Source: Eledone cirrhosa
Taxonomy: Eukaryota
Direction of reading: 5' to 3'
NCBI GenBank assembly: GCA_964016885.1
Contig: OZ024741.1
Location: 171,616,001-171,680,000, forward strand
Length of the DNA stretch: 64,000 nucleotides
Positions within the stretch are counted from its first letter, which is position 1; the number at the start of each line of letters is the position of its first letter. Shown here one piece after another: positions 25,959-39,775 of the stretch. Under the pieces are notes generated by a model, which did not search any database, had not been told where the DNA came from, and was given only the letters and a program-made list of their open reading frames with translations. Made by a program: the position numbers and the translations under genes.

Positions 25959-26135
25959 CAGTGTTCTTCCATAACACACCTTATGACATCATCAGTGATA
26001 CTATTATGTTGCCTCCCATTGTATAGTAATGGTTAATTATTCTATTTTGGCAAAAACCAACCCACACCAAACAGTGAGTGTGTTTTATTATATATTTCTG
26101 GCAATATCATAACAACAGGACCTTCCCCAAATATT

Positions 26136-26140
<5 letters not shown>
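25700..26140 (-). mobile_element. Penelope pLTR remnant with inverted arms and a degenerate hammerhead (25958..25998)
   Basis: Arms 25748..25838 and 26050..26140. Minus strand TCA-CTGATGA-TGTCATAAGGTGTGTTAT-GGAA-GAACAC-TGA is homologous to 55331..55373. Confidence 0.7.
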
Positions 26141-26200
<60 letters not shown>

Positions 26201-26282
26201 ATAAATTTGAAGACTAAAATCCAAAGAGGGCTCGATAAGGATAAATATATATCAAATATATAAGAACCGTAGAGCAAATATT

Positions 26283-26411
26283 TATTAAAATAACAGATTA
26301 AAGTTTAAGCAAAGAATCGTTGCTTTCACCCTTAACGGGATCATCTGTTAGTTTCAGAAGATCCCGTTAAGGGTGAAAGCAGCGATTCTTTGCTTAAACT
26401 TTAATCTGTTA

Positions 26412-26419
<8 letters not shown>
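26283..26419. repeat. Near-perfect palindrome containing a variant hammerhead (26350..26400, core CAGAAGA)
   Basis: ~64 bp arms; AGTTT-CAGAAGA-TCCC.GTTAA.GGGT-GAAA-GCA...TGC-TT-AAACT. Confidence 0.8.
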
Positions 26420-26463
<44 letters not shown>

Positions 26464-26607
26464 CATCCGCTCAATCTATTTTATTTCTCATTCTTTCTTC
26501 TGGTGAAGGACTAGGGTCCAAAACGTTAAGACTCCTCTTCTTGCTAATGTGTTAACCTAATATATACCTTCCATATACTGTACCGATTGTTATTTCTGTT
26601 TACCTTT

Positions 26608-26665
<58 letters not shown>

Positions 26666-27377
26666 TATATACATACTTATATATATATATATTTATGTAT
26701 ATAGCCTAATGGTTAGGATGCTTTCACAATGCTTCAGTACACTCAGCTGAGAGTGAGTACCATCAATATCTGGGGAGAGTTTTGTATTCTTAATCACTTA
26801 ATGCCAAGAAAACCAAGAATAAGCATTGGCTTGAAGTCAACCCTGTTGCCTTAATAGTTCACCTTTTGTCTCTGAGATAGAAGATGTCTGCCAGCCTATC
26901 TCTGTTTACACATCTTCATGGTCTCAATTATGTCCTTCACTACAGTATGTTCTCGAATCTAGGTATTGCTCTTCCTACCATGCAAGGTGATGCTGAACAT
27001 GATTTATTCCATTTCACATTGGCCCACTGTAAGAGTTTCTGCAGTGGTAGTGTTGAGTGCCCATATCTCACTTCCATAAGTCATCACTAGCAGAACATAT
27101 TCTTTAAACATCTTTCTTTTCATTTCAATTGTTGTCTTGGAACTATTTATATATTTAAATGTATATATATATATTTAAGTGTATATGTATACATTTATAT
27201 GTATATATTTATAAGTATATGTATATATTTCTTTATGTATATATATGTAGACATATATGTATATATATGTATATGTGTATATATATATGTATATATGTAT
27301 ATATATATGTATATATTTATATATATGAATATTATTCGAAATGTTAACAAATGAAAAATATTCTCATAATCAAAATA

Positions 27378-27449
27378 TATACTTTATAATATATATATTT
27401 CAAAGGTACTGTGTTATTTTTTCCGTACGTCCTCATCAGACAAAATATA
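27378..27449 (-). ncRNA. Type-I hammerhead, left arm
   Basis: Minus strand TATATTTTGT-CTGATGA-GGACGTACGG...CAGTACCTTT-GAAA-TATATATA-TT-ATAAAGTATA. Confidence 0.8.
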
Positions 27450-27556
27450 TGATTTGATATATGACATACCGCTACAGTCTTGATTATTCAATTCCAGTAT
27501 TGGCAGTACTGGAATTGAATAATCAAGACTGTAGCGGTATGTCATATATCAAATCA

Positions 27557-27628
27557 TATATTTTGTCTGATGAGGACGTACTGAAAAAATAACACAGTAC
27601 CTTTGAAATATATATATAATAAAGTATA
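27557..27628 (+). ncRNA. Type-I hammerhead, right arm
   Basis: TATATTTTGT-CTGATGA-GGAC.GTACTG/CAGTAC.CTTT-GAAA-TATATATA-TA-ATAAAGTATA. Confidence 0.88.
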
Positions 27629-27789
27629 TATTTTGATTATGAGAATATTTTTCATTTGTTAACATTTCGAATAATATCAAAATCTCCAGGAAAACTCACT
27701 GTTGAGTGCTGCTAATCTATTGTAAAATTGTATTCGTTGAGTAATCAATGAACCAGTACTAATCTTTGGTCATATATATATGTATATAT

Positions 27790-28137
27790 GGAGGCACATG
27801 GCTTAGTGGTTAGAGCATTGGCCTTGCAAACGAAAGGTTGTGAGTTCAATTCTCAGACCGGGTGATGTGTTGTTTCCTTGAGCAAGACACTTTATTTCAC
27901 ATTGCTCCAGTTTACTCAGCTGTAGAAATGAGATGATAGGAACTGGGGTCCATATCATTCCACTGCAAAGTGGTCGTGTAGGTGCCACAGCAAAAAAGCA
28001 CCCAGCACTCACTGTAAATGAGGTTGGTGTTAGGAAGGGCATCCAACTGTAGAAATCAAGCCAGAATCAGTTCCCGTCCCACCCTTGCAAGCAGGAAAAA
28101 AGCGGACGTAAAATGAAATGATGATGATGATGATGAT
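27790..28137 (+). mobile_element. SINE family B, full length (reference copy)
   Basis: A-box TGGCTTAGTGG, B-box GAGTTCAATTC, TCCTTGAGCAAGACACTT core, GTTGGTGTTAGGAAGGGCATCC block, RTE-type tail. Confidence 0.92.
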
Positions 28138-28467
28138 ATATTGATTGTACCCTGAGCTGATTGATGTTGAAACAATTGTAATATGCCAATAATGTTCGTA
28201 CATATGCTGCAACACTGACTTCGATTCTATTTAATTCATTTACACGCTGCACACAACAGCATTACCTGTAACTGTAGTCACACACCTAACTAACATGTAT
28301 GTATGTATATATATATATATGTATGTATATATATATATATATATACACATATATATATATGTTTTTGTATGTATGTATATATATATATATATATATAAGT
28401 ATATGTACATATATATATATATATATATATCATTATATGTCTATGTATATATATATATGTGTGTGTG

Positions 28468-28513
<46 letters not shown>

Positions 28514-29673
28514 AAGTTCAGTAGCACTAAGACATCCTTTAAACAAAATAGGTGTGTCTATGAAAACATACACATTTATTTACAATGAACATATGGGTAA
28601 CCTCACTATCTAAGAACATTTTTTCCTCAATGAAAACAATTATTTTTTTCTATTTTCCTCTTTGAATGTATCACATTGAGAATGTCAGACAGAGTTGTTT
28701 CAAGATTTGTTAATATTTCATCAGTGACACTCACTGAACCCATACTCACATGACAATAGTGTCTATATAGAATTTTGCATGATGAACATTTTCTGGAGAT
28801 GCTCATTTGTGTATAGTGTGAACTTAGTTAAATCAATGTAATTGCTTAGCTTTTATTTTTGCTCAACTACTTGTTGATATGACAAAACCATATTACATTA
28901 TCCATCATTTGATATCACTTTGTATAATATACAATTTGTATAATATACAATATATATAATATATAGCAATTAGTACACTATTGTCAATTTTGTCAGTTTT
29001 ATTATATATTATCTGGTGTTTACTCTGACCCAATTCTACTGCAGGTCAAGGCTAACAATTGCTCTGTTTAAATCATTTCAGCAATTATAGGAAACCATTC
29101 CAGACATATTTTTAGTCTTATTTCTCCATTTTCTGTCTCAATGAAGCATACAATAATTTATACACATGAGCAGGTGTGAAAAATTAGCCTATTTAAATCA
29201 CATACATTCAGATAGATGAAAATAACCTCAGTTAGACACCAATTCATCCAAATGCATAACAAAAGACTAATAATGGATTTTGACTCACTTAGTCCATAAA
29301 CACATCAAAAGATTTTAAAGGAAGGTTTAGATGATTTAGTTGTTTCTTGTCTTGCCAAAAAGGCATTTATTTGTGATGTATTTCAGATAGCTCTAGCTGG
29401 GGATTCAAACCAGACTACTGCAACCTTCTTTGTTGATGGTGAAAACAATATAAACAAGCTAAAAAACACAGTTCAGTGAAATGATACAGTCACACAGTAC
29501 TGGCCACCAACTAACACCATAATAATTGTTTTTACTTTTGGCACAAAGCCAGCAATTACCCAGTACATTACTGGTACTTTATTTTATCGACCCCGTAAGG
29601 ATGAAAGGCAAAGTTAGCCTCGGCGGGATTTGAACTCAGATCGTAAAGGGACGTAACTATGCTGGATAACACC

Positions 29674-29707
<34 letters not shown>

Positions 29708-29711
<4 letters not shown>

Positions 29712-31240
29712 AGCATGATACAAGTTGGGAAAAGGAGAGCTTACCATCAACCACCTCCTCTTCATGGATGATCTTAAACTCTTTGGGAAGAGTGAGAAGG
29801 AGTTGGATGTACTTGTTGACACTGTCCGTATTTTGAGCAATGATATATGTATGCAATTTGGTATTAGTAAGTGTGGAGTCTTAGTGATGAAGAGGGTTAA
29901 ATTGAGCAGAAGCAACGGAATCCAGGTACCAACAGGTGAGATGATAAAGGAAATTGACACAGAAGAGGGATACAAATATTTAGGTGTTCTGGAGGCAGAT
30001 GACATAAAGAAATTGATAATGACATAAGGAGAATAAGGAGCGTATTAAAATCACATCTAAATAGTATGAATGTCATAAGTGCAGTGAATTCTCGAGCTGT
30101 GTCTATTATTAGGTACAGTGTGGGAATTCTGAAATGGAATGTTGCTGAACAAAAAGAAATGGAGAGAAAGACTAGGAAGCTATTGATTATCTACAACATG
30201 TTCCACAAGAGGAGTGATGTCGGTAGACTCTATTTAAAGAGATCTGAAGGTGGAAGAGGTCTTATCAGCATAGAGGACTGTGTTCAGATGGAGAAAAACA
30301 ACCTGCACAAATACGTGACTGACAGTAGGGAGCCAATGCTCAAAATTGTACTGAAGGAGAAGACAATAGACCAGGGGATGTCGAAGGAGGAAATAACAAG
30401 GAGGAAGAGTAACTTTCATGAAAGATCCCTTCAAAGTACCTTCTTTAAGGAAACTGAATTAGGGATCCACAGACATGGAACTGGCTAAAAAGAGGAGACC
30501 TTAAAAAAGCTACAGAAGGAATGCTAATGGCTGCACAAGAGCAAGCCCTCAGAATGAAGTGGGTGAAACACCATATTGACAAGGAGGAGGCTAGCTCACT
30601 GTATAGGATCTGTTGAGAGAGAGAGAGGAGACTGTGGCTCACATTGTATCCGAGTGTAAACACCTAGCCCAGACTCACTATAAAGGTTGGAGACATGATG
30701 TGATAGGCAGGGTGATCCACTGGCATCTATGCAAAGTAAACAATTTACCACATTCGGAGAAGTGGTATGAGCATAAGCCAGAGTCGGTGATAGAAAACGA
30801 TCAGGTGAAGGTGCTATGGGATTTTAGGATACAGACGTACAAGAAATTAGAACACAATAGGCCCGACCTGGTGGTTTTGGACAAGGAAAAAAGATCCTGC
30901 CTCATTGTAGATGTAGCCTGCCCATTTGACACGAGAGTGCAAGAAAAGGAGAGGGAGAAAATTAACCGATACCAGGATTTAAAGTGGGAGTTAAAAAGGA
31001 TTTGGAACTGCCATGAAATCAAGATCGTCATAGGTGCATTAGGTACTATCTCAAAGAGTTTCCAAGGATGGTTAAAGAAGATTAGCCCAGCCCCGCTTTT
31101 TGGAACACATCTAAAGACACGCTTGCTGGGAAGAGTAAGAACCCTCCAATACATCCTGAATATCTGAGGCTGCAGGTAGCGGCTTGATATTCATTTGAAC
31201 AAACTTTCCTGTTAAATAACATCAATGACTGAGACTCAAA
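29708..31240 (+). mobile_element. 5'-truncated R4/Dong-like non-LTR retrotransposon (RT + CCHC + restriction-like endonuclease), disrupted
   Basis: LFMDDLKLF, YKYLGV, GGRGL, C..ETVAHIVSEC, RHD, NRPDLVV...IVDVACPFD...EK; 5' junction in (TAA)n. Confidence 0.9.
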
Positions 31241-31279
31241 GAACAATGGTTTCTTTATTAATATTTATTACATATATAA

Positions 31280-31470
31280 TAATGTTGCTAATTTTGGCAA
31301 AAGTCCAGCAATTTTCTCAGTGCATTACTGGTACTTTATTTTATCGACTCCATAAGGATGAAAGGCAAAGTTAATCTCGGCGGGATTTGAACTCAGAATG
31401 GCAAGGGCCGTAACTCTATGCATCAAAGCATGGTGTCTGACCCTCTACCAATACTGTCAATCCACCGCCA
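31280..31470 (-). mobile_element. SINE family A
   Basis: A/B boxes, core and tail. Confidence 0.85.
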
Positions 31471-32717
31471 TTATATATATATATAATAATAATAATAATA
31501 ATGTCAAAACCATTAGTTCTGGTAATAATAATGCAACTATGTAAATATGTTGAGATAAACTCTAAAATGTGTTTCCAGCTTCTAAACTGTAAAAGAGTAA
31601 AAATAGCATAAACTATTCACAGGCATTAGTAGTGGTGGTGATGATGATTTTGGTGTTGATGATAAAGAGGAGGGTGTATATATATATACATAAGTATTTT
31701 AAAATAATCTAATGAATTCTGTGACATTTCTAGTTCTGCATCTATTTTGGAGTCAAACTGGTTATCACCACACCAATTTAGTTTTTATTTTGACTGTTTG
31801 GGATTTCATTTTTACAGAGGAAGAGAGTGAGGGGGGGGGGGAGATTAGGTATGTGTGAATGAGTATGTTATTAACAGTAATACAATGATATGACTGCAAG
31901 GTGCTTCAACCAGTGTGTTACTTGACCTGCTATCAAATTCCCATTGCTGGGCATGGACCAACTAACACATTGCATGCTGACATAGACCGGTTATCTTTTT
32001 TCAACCAATGTGTTGTGGCCATGCTGGGGAACAGGACTTTAGTTTATCAATCAGAGGAGGATGAAAGCCAAAGTTGACTTCAATGAGATTTGAACCCCAA
32101 CACTCCTCCACAATAAACACTGCAAGACTGTTTGTCTAACCTGAAAAGATTCTGCCACACACACTCACACACATATTCATATATCATCAATGTGTTTCAT
32201 TCAATTTCTGGTCAGTAAACACCATTTCCTAAGTCTTGGTAGAAGCCACTTGTTCAAGGTGCCAGACTGGGATTTTACTCAGAATCATATAGTTGCAAAT
32301 TGAACTATTTAACAATGCTGACCTATAACTATACATAATCTCCACCACCTCCAATGACAAGATGTGCACTAAGCAACTGAAATATACATTATATTTATAT
32401 ATATATATATACAGTAGAGAGTTGAGCTAAAACTGTATTAATGGGAATGTAGATTTACACAATGAGTAGATAGAAATGTAAACATCAAATTTATGTATAT
32501 CTCTTTTAATTAAAAATAAATTACAAGTATTCTTAATCATTGTTTTATGTCAATTGTGCATCTTATCAGAGAATATGTACATCAAACAATCACAAGGAAA
32601 TATATAACTAATGGTCTTTTAAAGCTTTGTTTAATGTACATATTCAATGGCGAGGACCCAATTAGAATTGAAAATTGATTTAGAAAATTTATCATTTTAA
32701 AAAATTTATATGTAAAT

Positions 32718-33062
32718 GGAGGCATATGGCTTAGTGGTTAGAGCATTGGCCTTGCAATCGTAAGGTTGTGAGTTCAATTCTCAGACCGGGTGATGTGTTG
32801 TTTCCTTGAGCAAGGCACTTTATTTCACATTGCTCCAGTTTACTCAGCTGTAGAAATGAGATTATAGGGACTGGGGTCCCTATCATTCCACTGCAAAGTG
32901 GTCGTGGAGGTGCCACGGTAATAAAGCACCCAGCACTCACTGTAAATGAGGTTGGTGTTAGGAAGGGCATCCAGCTGTAGAAATCAAGCCAGAATCAGTT
33001 CCTGTCCCACCCTTGCAAGCAGGGAAAGGCGGACGTAAAATGATGATGATGATGATGATGAT
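32718..33062 (+). mobile_element. SINE family B, full length
   Basis: Collinear with 27790..28137. Confidence 0.92.
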
Positions 33063-33232
33063 ATCTATACACTCAATGAGTGTATTTATATAAACTTTTA
33101 TATAGTCTCAGTTAAACTTTGTACTGTATATGAACAGATATAAATTTAATATATATATATATATGTATGTGTTTGTGAATGTAATGTGTATATGAATATG
33201 TGCTTGTGTGTATGTGAGTGTATATACACACA

Positions 33233-33286
<54 letters not shown>

Positions 33287-33807
33287 CATAAATATTGCGC
33301 TGTCAAGTATGAAATTTGTAGAAATGTGTAGAAAAAAAACAAATTTCTACAAATTTAATACTTGACCCAATATATATTAATTTCATTAAGGATAAATAGT
33401 GAGTCTTATTACACTGTTTAAAATTCTACTTCATTATTGAGTAACCTTTTCTCTCAGCTGTCAACCACATACAGATATATATATACATACACACATACAC
33501 ACATGCTAGCTAGTTTATTATACAGTATTCAGGTATGCTTCTCAAGATTCTCTTGACTGTTTATAATTGTTCCTGTTGTCAGAGTTTTTGTTGCTGTGAT
33601 TCCTGTTTTCCTATCCTGGCATGGGTTTAATAGGCCTATTATTCTGTTAACATACCACTGACATTCACAGGGAGGCATTTATGTATACACTCAACATAAC
33701 TTCCATACAAACCATAGTTTTGTGTTTTGTACTTTAGTATTTGCACATAAAATCATACAAATTTTGCTATTATACATATTCTTATAAATATATATATATA
33801 CATACAT

Positions 33808-33842
<35 letters not shown>

Positions 33843-33907
33843 TTTATGTCTGCTTTTCCCTGCTTGCAAGGTTGGGACGAGAACTGATATATATATATAT
33901 ATATATA

Positions 33908-34187
<280 letters not shown>

Positions 34188-36759
34188 GTGTAGGCGCCAC
34201 GAAAAAGCACCCAGCACTCACTGTAAATGAGGTTGGTGTTAGGAAGGGCATCCAGCTGTAGAAATCAAGCCAGATCAGTTCCTGTATGAGCAAGGCATGG
34301 TCAGCCGACCAGACACTGCCCACAACAGGACAACCCGTCTAACCCATGCTAGCGTGGAAGAACGGACGTAAAACGGTGATGATGTGATGATGATGATATA
34401 TATATATATATATATTCTTCTCTTCTTCACCCAATTTGCCTTTCCTCCTTCTGGGATAATAAAATAATGTACCAGTGAAATACTGGGGTTGATATAATCA
34501 CTTACCCCTTCCTTTTTGCCAAGTTATTCATAAGAGGGTTGGGGCGCGGGGGGGGGGGGGGGTGAAATCCTCAGATACTTCTTCCAGCAAGTCCTATCAG
34601 AAGCAGCTGTCTCCAGTTGATCAGGCTTGATCCCCAAGAAAAACCAGCAGAGCTCATGGATGTTATCCAACTATCTTGTTCAGGGTCTACCCTTGGGTAG
34701 AACATCTGTCCAGCGATTCTTCTGAGACATCCTAATCACATGCCTGTAATATCAGTGCTATAAAAACTGGCAATGGGCTTGTGACCTGTCCTGGGAGGCT
34801 TGGGATGGTTGACAAAGATTGCATATCCTGAGACATCAAAGATGGTACAGAAGGGAGCACTGCTGGCTTACCTGTCACCCTTGATCTCCAGCCACACCCT
34901 CTTCAATTTTCTGCAAGACATTAGAATCCAATGTGAACCAGAGACACTTGCCTTCTCTGGCCAATGCAACTGGTATGACATCAAATTCAGTTCAACCTTC
35001 ACAAAGATCAAGTCTTTCTTGGACCAATACTATCTCACTCACCTCCAGTCTACCTCACAGCTAAACACCAGTATATTGCTCAATTTTCTGTCTTCTCCAC
35101 CATCCAGTAAACTTCTTGATGATAAGCACACCCAGGAGAGGCCCTGCACCTTAGGACCAGCATTTATAAGCTACATAAATGCCATAGTGGAGCCATGGTC
35201 AATGAATTTGGACTACATCCTCTATCTTGTTACCACAGTGCAGGTTATTTTCCTCAGTATGCTGCTTTGAATGATGGCATCAGAAGTGTCCATTTTCCGA
35301 TTAGAACTGGAACCTGCCAGCCTCAACCATGGTGACAATGAGCACTTGGATGGCATAACCCTTTTCTCGTTTGAGGGGGTAAAATATTAATTTGCCATGC
35401 CACATACTGCAACATGCTTTGTAGTCCCAGCCTCCTTGCTTCAGTCACAAATTGAGACATGCCAGGCTTTGAATGCCTATTTCCTTTTTGTGTCAGTTAC
35501 CATTGAAACCTCTGGAGTCTTCAGTCACCAGACTACTATTTTCCCCTGCAAAATTGGGAGGAACGCATTCTGTCTGGAGGAGAAGCGCTGTGAGGTGGGA
35601 TAGCTGATGCTGCAGCTGTTGCTGTTTGTTCTTCATAGCAATGTTTGTCATTTTGTATGTGAAGTATAGCTGAGGTTTACTGTCCAGTCAAGGGTGTAGA
35701 GTTTGCCTCTCACCCTTTCCCTCTTTTCATTATTTTTTCTCTTCCTGTTTATTATTTTAACCCTTTTTTATACTTTCATCGCTGTTCATTTTTCTTGAAC
35801 AATAAAATTACTATTATCATTTTATTTTTATTTTTTAGAGTTAATGAATAGAGAATTTTTTTATTTAATTACTGTTACGGATCTCTGAATTTCAATAGAC
35901 AAAGAGATTGATCTTACTTGAATTTTTATTTTCCATTTACTTTTTTCTTGTATCTGGTAAAAATGTTTTCATCTTCTTCAGTGATGAATAATAAGTAGCC
36001 TTTGTCTCAAAAGAATTAATTTTACACTCTTTTGAGCAGTTGACAGTGAGAATTCTTGTAAAAGAACTATTTGTCTGCAAACAGAAAATGTTTCATTAGT
36101 TAGTGGATATACTGGAGATTTCTCCTAAAAACTGCAAGTTTTTTTTTTTCTGTTTTCTTTTCTAAAAGATAACATTCTTATCATCTATGATAAAAATAGG
36201 ATTTTAAAGATTTCTTTTTAGAATGATTTATTTATTTATTCACTTATTTATTTTAGTTGAATAAATGTAGATGCAGGCATAGCTCTGTGATTATGAAGTT
36301 CGTTTTGTAGTCACACAGTTTCCTGTTCAGTCCCACTGAAAAAAAAATCTACCAGTTTAATTTAAATACTCTTTGCACACTTAAATGTATTTTAAAATAC
36401 ACACAAGCACACACATAGAGAAATATATATATATATAAATATTTATAAATACACCCATACACATATTTTTGCACAAAACTGGACGATCACATCTCCTTAC
36501 CTTCTACAACAACCATCTGATATCACAAAAGAAGAGAAATTTTGATGAATTGCTATAAGTATTTTTATTGATTATTGTTCTGGTAAGGATTTGATATCAC
36601 TAAAGTAGAGAAATTTCGATGAATTGACCACAAGGTTAACATTAAGTGTTTTTGTTAAAAGCATTGTTCTGGTGTGTCTAAAAGATAAAATCAAAAAGCC
36701 CATCAGGGGGAAAATGCTCTGTCTGCTCCACTATAAAATCATCCCTGGGTATCTCTCTG

Positions 36760-37330
36760 AAACAGGAAGTTGCATTATTGCATTGTAAGAGATTTTTGTT
36801 ATTCTTAATGCATACATTAATAGCTCTTAAAATTATTTTACAGACTAGTCTTAATTCAGTTCTAGCAGGGATTAATAATTTACAGATGGGTCTGTTAATA
36901 ATGTTTGGCTTGTGGTCCTTCAATATGACAATATCATCATATATAGTTAGACAATCAACTCTTGTGTCAATCTTTAACTTTCTTGATGGGTGTTTCATCT
37001 CTGAAAACCTTTTGCTGTCCAACTCTCCTCAGAGACCACTCTTAGCTTCATCATTTATATTATTGAAAGAATCTACTCTGGCCTTCTGCTACTTATTTGT
37101 GAAAAAAAAAAAAAGTAGAAACAATTATTTAGAGTAAGTTGATTGTATCTGCCATTATGCAATTCATTCATATTGGAGGAAACAAAATCATTACAAGAAG
37201 TTAAACATTTTTTAATATCATTTGAGAACTTGTTTAGTGAAGGATTTTTGTATCTACAGAATTTGATGTTGGGAATCATATCTAAGATGTCTGCTTCAAA
37301 AGCTTCTAAAACTTTGATGGAGGTATAATT
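36760..37330 (-). pseudogene. Degraded Penelope-like ORF, region upstream of and into the RT
   Basis: LKDHKPN..N.P.CKLLIPARTEL..VCK.IL..IN resembles the LKDHK-NF--NP-CRLINP motif of PLE proteins; multiple stops. Confidence 0.6.
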
Positions 37331-38018
37331 TTACATGATTTAATGTTAAACTGTTTAGTAGCTGTTATAGTCTTCATATAGCGTCTACAAAAAGTATTTG
37401 AAATAGAAAGTGTTAATTGGTCGAGCTATATATTTGATTGAATAGTCTATCTCGTACAGGTCTATTACATTGTTGTAACAATATGAATCCTTAGATCAAT
37501 GCAGCACTTATCTTTTCAGACTAAATGTTTCAAATTAAAAATTCCACCTAAGAGGCTTTTTAAGATCATCATTTAACATCTTTTTTACCTGCTAGCAAGG
37601 GTCACAGACCATGTACACATATATTATCGAGGTTGACTTTGCCTTTCATCCTTACGGGGTCGATAAAATAAAGTACCAGTAATGCACTCTGGGTAATTGC
37701 TGGCCTGTGCCTAAAGTAGAAACAATTATATATACATATATATACACATAGAAACAGGCACACACATGTGCCTTGTTGAATAATCCTGTTTACAGAGAGA
37801 AGACATTCTCAATTCAAAACTGGTATGGTAGAAAACAAGTTGCAATCATAGAACATTAGGTTAATACTAATTAAGTAATGTATAATGTATTTACAGAGTG
37901 AAAAAATATTTGATTTTGCCTACTGTTGAACTAGAGCTCTATAAACATACACAGTTAGTCATACATGTATCATACTGAAAAAAATGGATGTGTATGTGTT
38001 GGTAGTTACTACATATAT

Positions 38019-39775
38019 CAGGGGTCGGCAACCCTCAGCCCACGGGCCACATCAAGTGATTTTTGTCCAGCCCGCCATCTTACACTGGATACTAATTATC
38101 TAATTAGTATTGAATACAGTAGTTCACTTCAAGGTTGTGCCGACCTGATACCCATCACAAATCGCTGCTCATACCATATATATTTACAGATACCTTTGTA
38201 ACCTTATTATATTTTCTATTTATTATTATTTCCTCTTATCCATCTTTTTCTGGGCTTTCCGCGGTGAATTGGCAGTATCGGTAGAGGGTTGGCCTCCATG
38301 CTTCCTAGCATAGTTACGTCCCTTTACAGTCTGAGTTCAAATCCCACCGAGGTTAACTTTGCCTTTCATCCTTACGGGGTCGATAAAATAAAGTACCAGT
38401 AATACACTAGGTAACTGCTGGCCTTGTGCCAAAAGTAGAAACAATTATATCACCTGTATTATTATTTCCTGTGATTTCATGTATGTGTTTTTGTTCCAGT
38501 CAACAAACACAAATGTTGGCTGGAAGTATGCATTTTCGTCAGCGACTGGAAGGTATACTACCTTACGGTTCGCATGACTCACTTTTATACCCATATTGTA
38601 ATTCAATAAAATCACTCGTGAATTATTGTCGTCTTCGTTTGCCTGACCTTACCCTGTGCCGCCGCCATGGCCCCCCCCTCCCCCAAGCACAAAGTAAAGC
38701 TGTCTATGGAAAAATTACTTTGTTCCCTCCTCCCCAGAGTATTTCCATTTGAGTTTGTTGTCTGGTGGTATAACAACTATACAGTAGGTATCTTTATTCG
38801 ATAATAACGTTTATTTAATTATTTGTGATAAATTGTATGAATTATTATTATTATTATTAGAATTAGGCCAAAAGTGGTTTAAAAAAACAAATGGCAACCC
38901 TGATCTAACAACGTCGTTAGAAAGCTGGTTTTATATAATTTATTCACAATTATCATATTTTATCGCATTACAGTATTTGCATTTACATTTGTTTTCATTG
39001 TTTCTTATTTCATCATTCTGATTATTATACTTTTTGTATAATAATTATACTTTTTCCATAAATCTTTTTTGTTTGAACAAAAACAAGCTCATGGAAGCTA
39101 AGAAAAGAAAAGTGGATTTGGAGTGCCGAACTTTTAACGATGGCTGGACACTTAGCTATTTTTTCATTGAGCACTTCGGAAAATGTGTTTGCTTCTACAA
39201 GAAATATATATTGCCAAGCGGAAAATATAAAAACATCTTGACTAATGCGAAAATGATGATATCATTATTTGGAAGTACATATGCTTGTGAACAACTTTTT
39301 TCAAAAATGAAATATACTAAAAGTTATTTAAGAACAAGGTTGCGTGATGACCACCTGGATGATGTTTTGCTCCTGTCATCAACAAATATTTCACCTGATG
39401 TTGAGAAGTTATGGCACAATAAGCAGAAACATGTGTCTCATTAAATCATTTACCATTTCTAACTCTATTTCTTTGTAGCAAGGAATTTTCTTTTTTTTTT
39501 TTGTTGGTTGTGATAGTAGTTGTTTTTCTGTTATTCCTGCAGTAAAATAAGGAATTTGCTTTTTTTTTTGTTGAATGTGTTTGTAGTTTTTTTTTTCTTT
39601 TTTTTTTGTTATTCCTGCAGTAAAATAAGGGGCCTTGTTAAAATAAAATTATATTAAATTCCTTGTTTTGCTTTAAACCTCCAGAAAATTTATTTACATA
39701 TTTAATAACATGGCCCTCCTCCATGACACTGCATAGCTGTTTGGCCCTCTCTCTCCAAAAGGTTGGCGACCCCTG
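38019..39775 (+). mobile_element. hAT (Charlie/SPIN-like) internal-deletion derivative with a nested SINE A (38259..38447)
   Basis: TIRs CAGGGGTCGGCAACC / GGTTGGCGACCCCTG; 8-bp TSD ACATATAT/ATATATAT; truncated transposase ORF. Confidence 0.9.
39091..39444 (+). CDS. In-frame fusion of hAT transposase N-terminus and C-terminal dimerisation domain (117 aa)
   Basis: MEAKKRKVDLECRTFN..W...YFF joined directly to ...FGSTYACEQLFSKMK..KS..RTRL.D.HL...SH*. Confidence 0.7.
   Translation: MEAKKRKVDLECRTFNDGWTLSYFFIEHFGKCVCFYKKYILPSGKYKNILTNAKMMISLFGSTYACEQLFSKMKYTKSYLRTRLRDDHLDDVLLLSSTNISPDVEKLWHNKQKHVSH

Larger units (their letters stand above)
27329..27677. repeat. ~350 bp near-perfect palindrome with a hammerhead on each arm
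   Basis: Centre ~27503 with almost no spacer; the tail 27678..27770 is homologous to the reverse complement of 12840..12920. Confidence 0.95.

Noticed and set aside
27790-27865. tRNA gene-like sequence
   Set aside because: It is the tRNA-derived SINE head: A/B boxes are present but it runs into the SINE core, with no complete cloverleaf or terminator.
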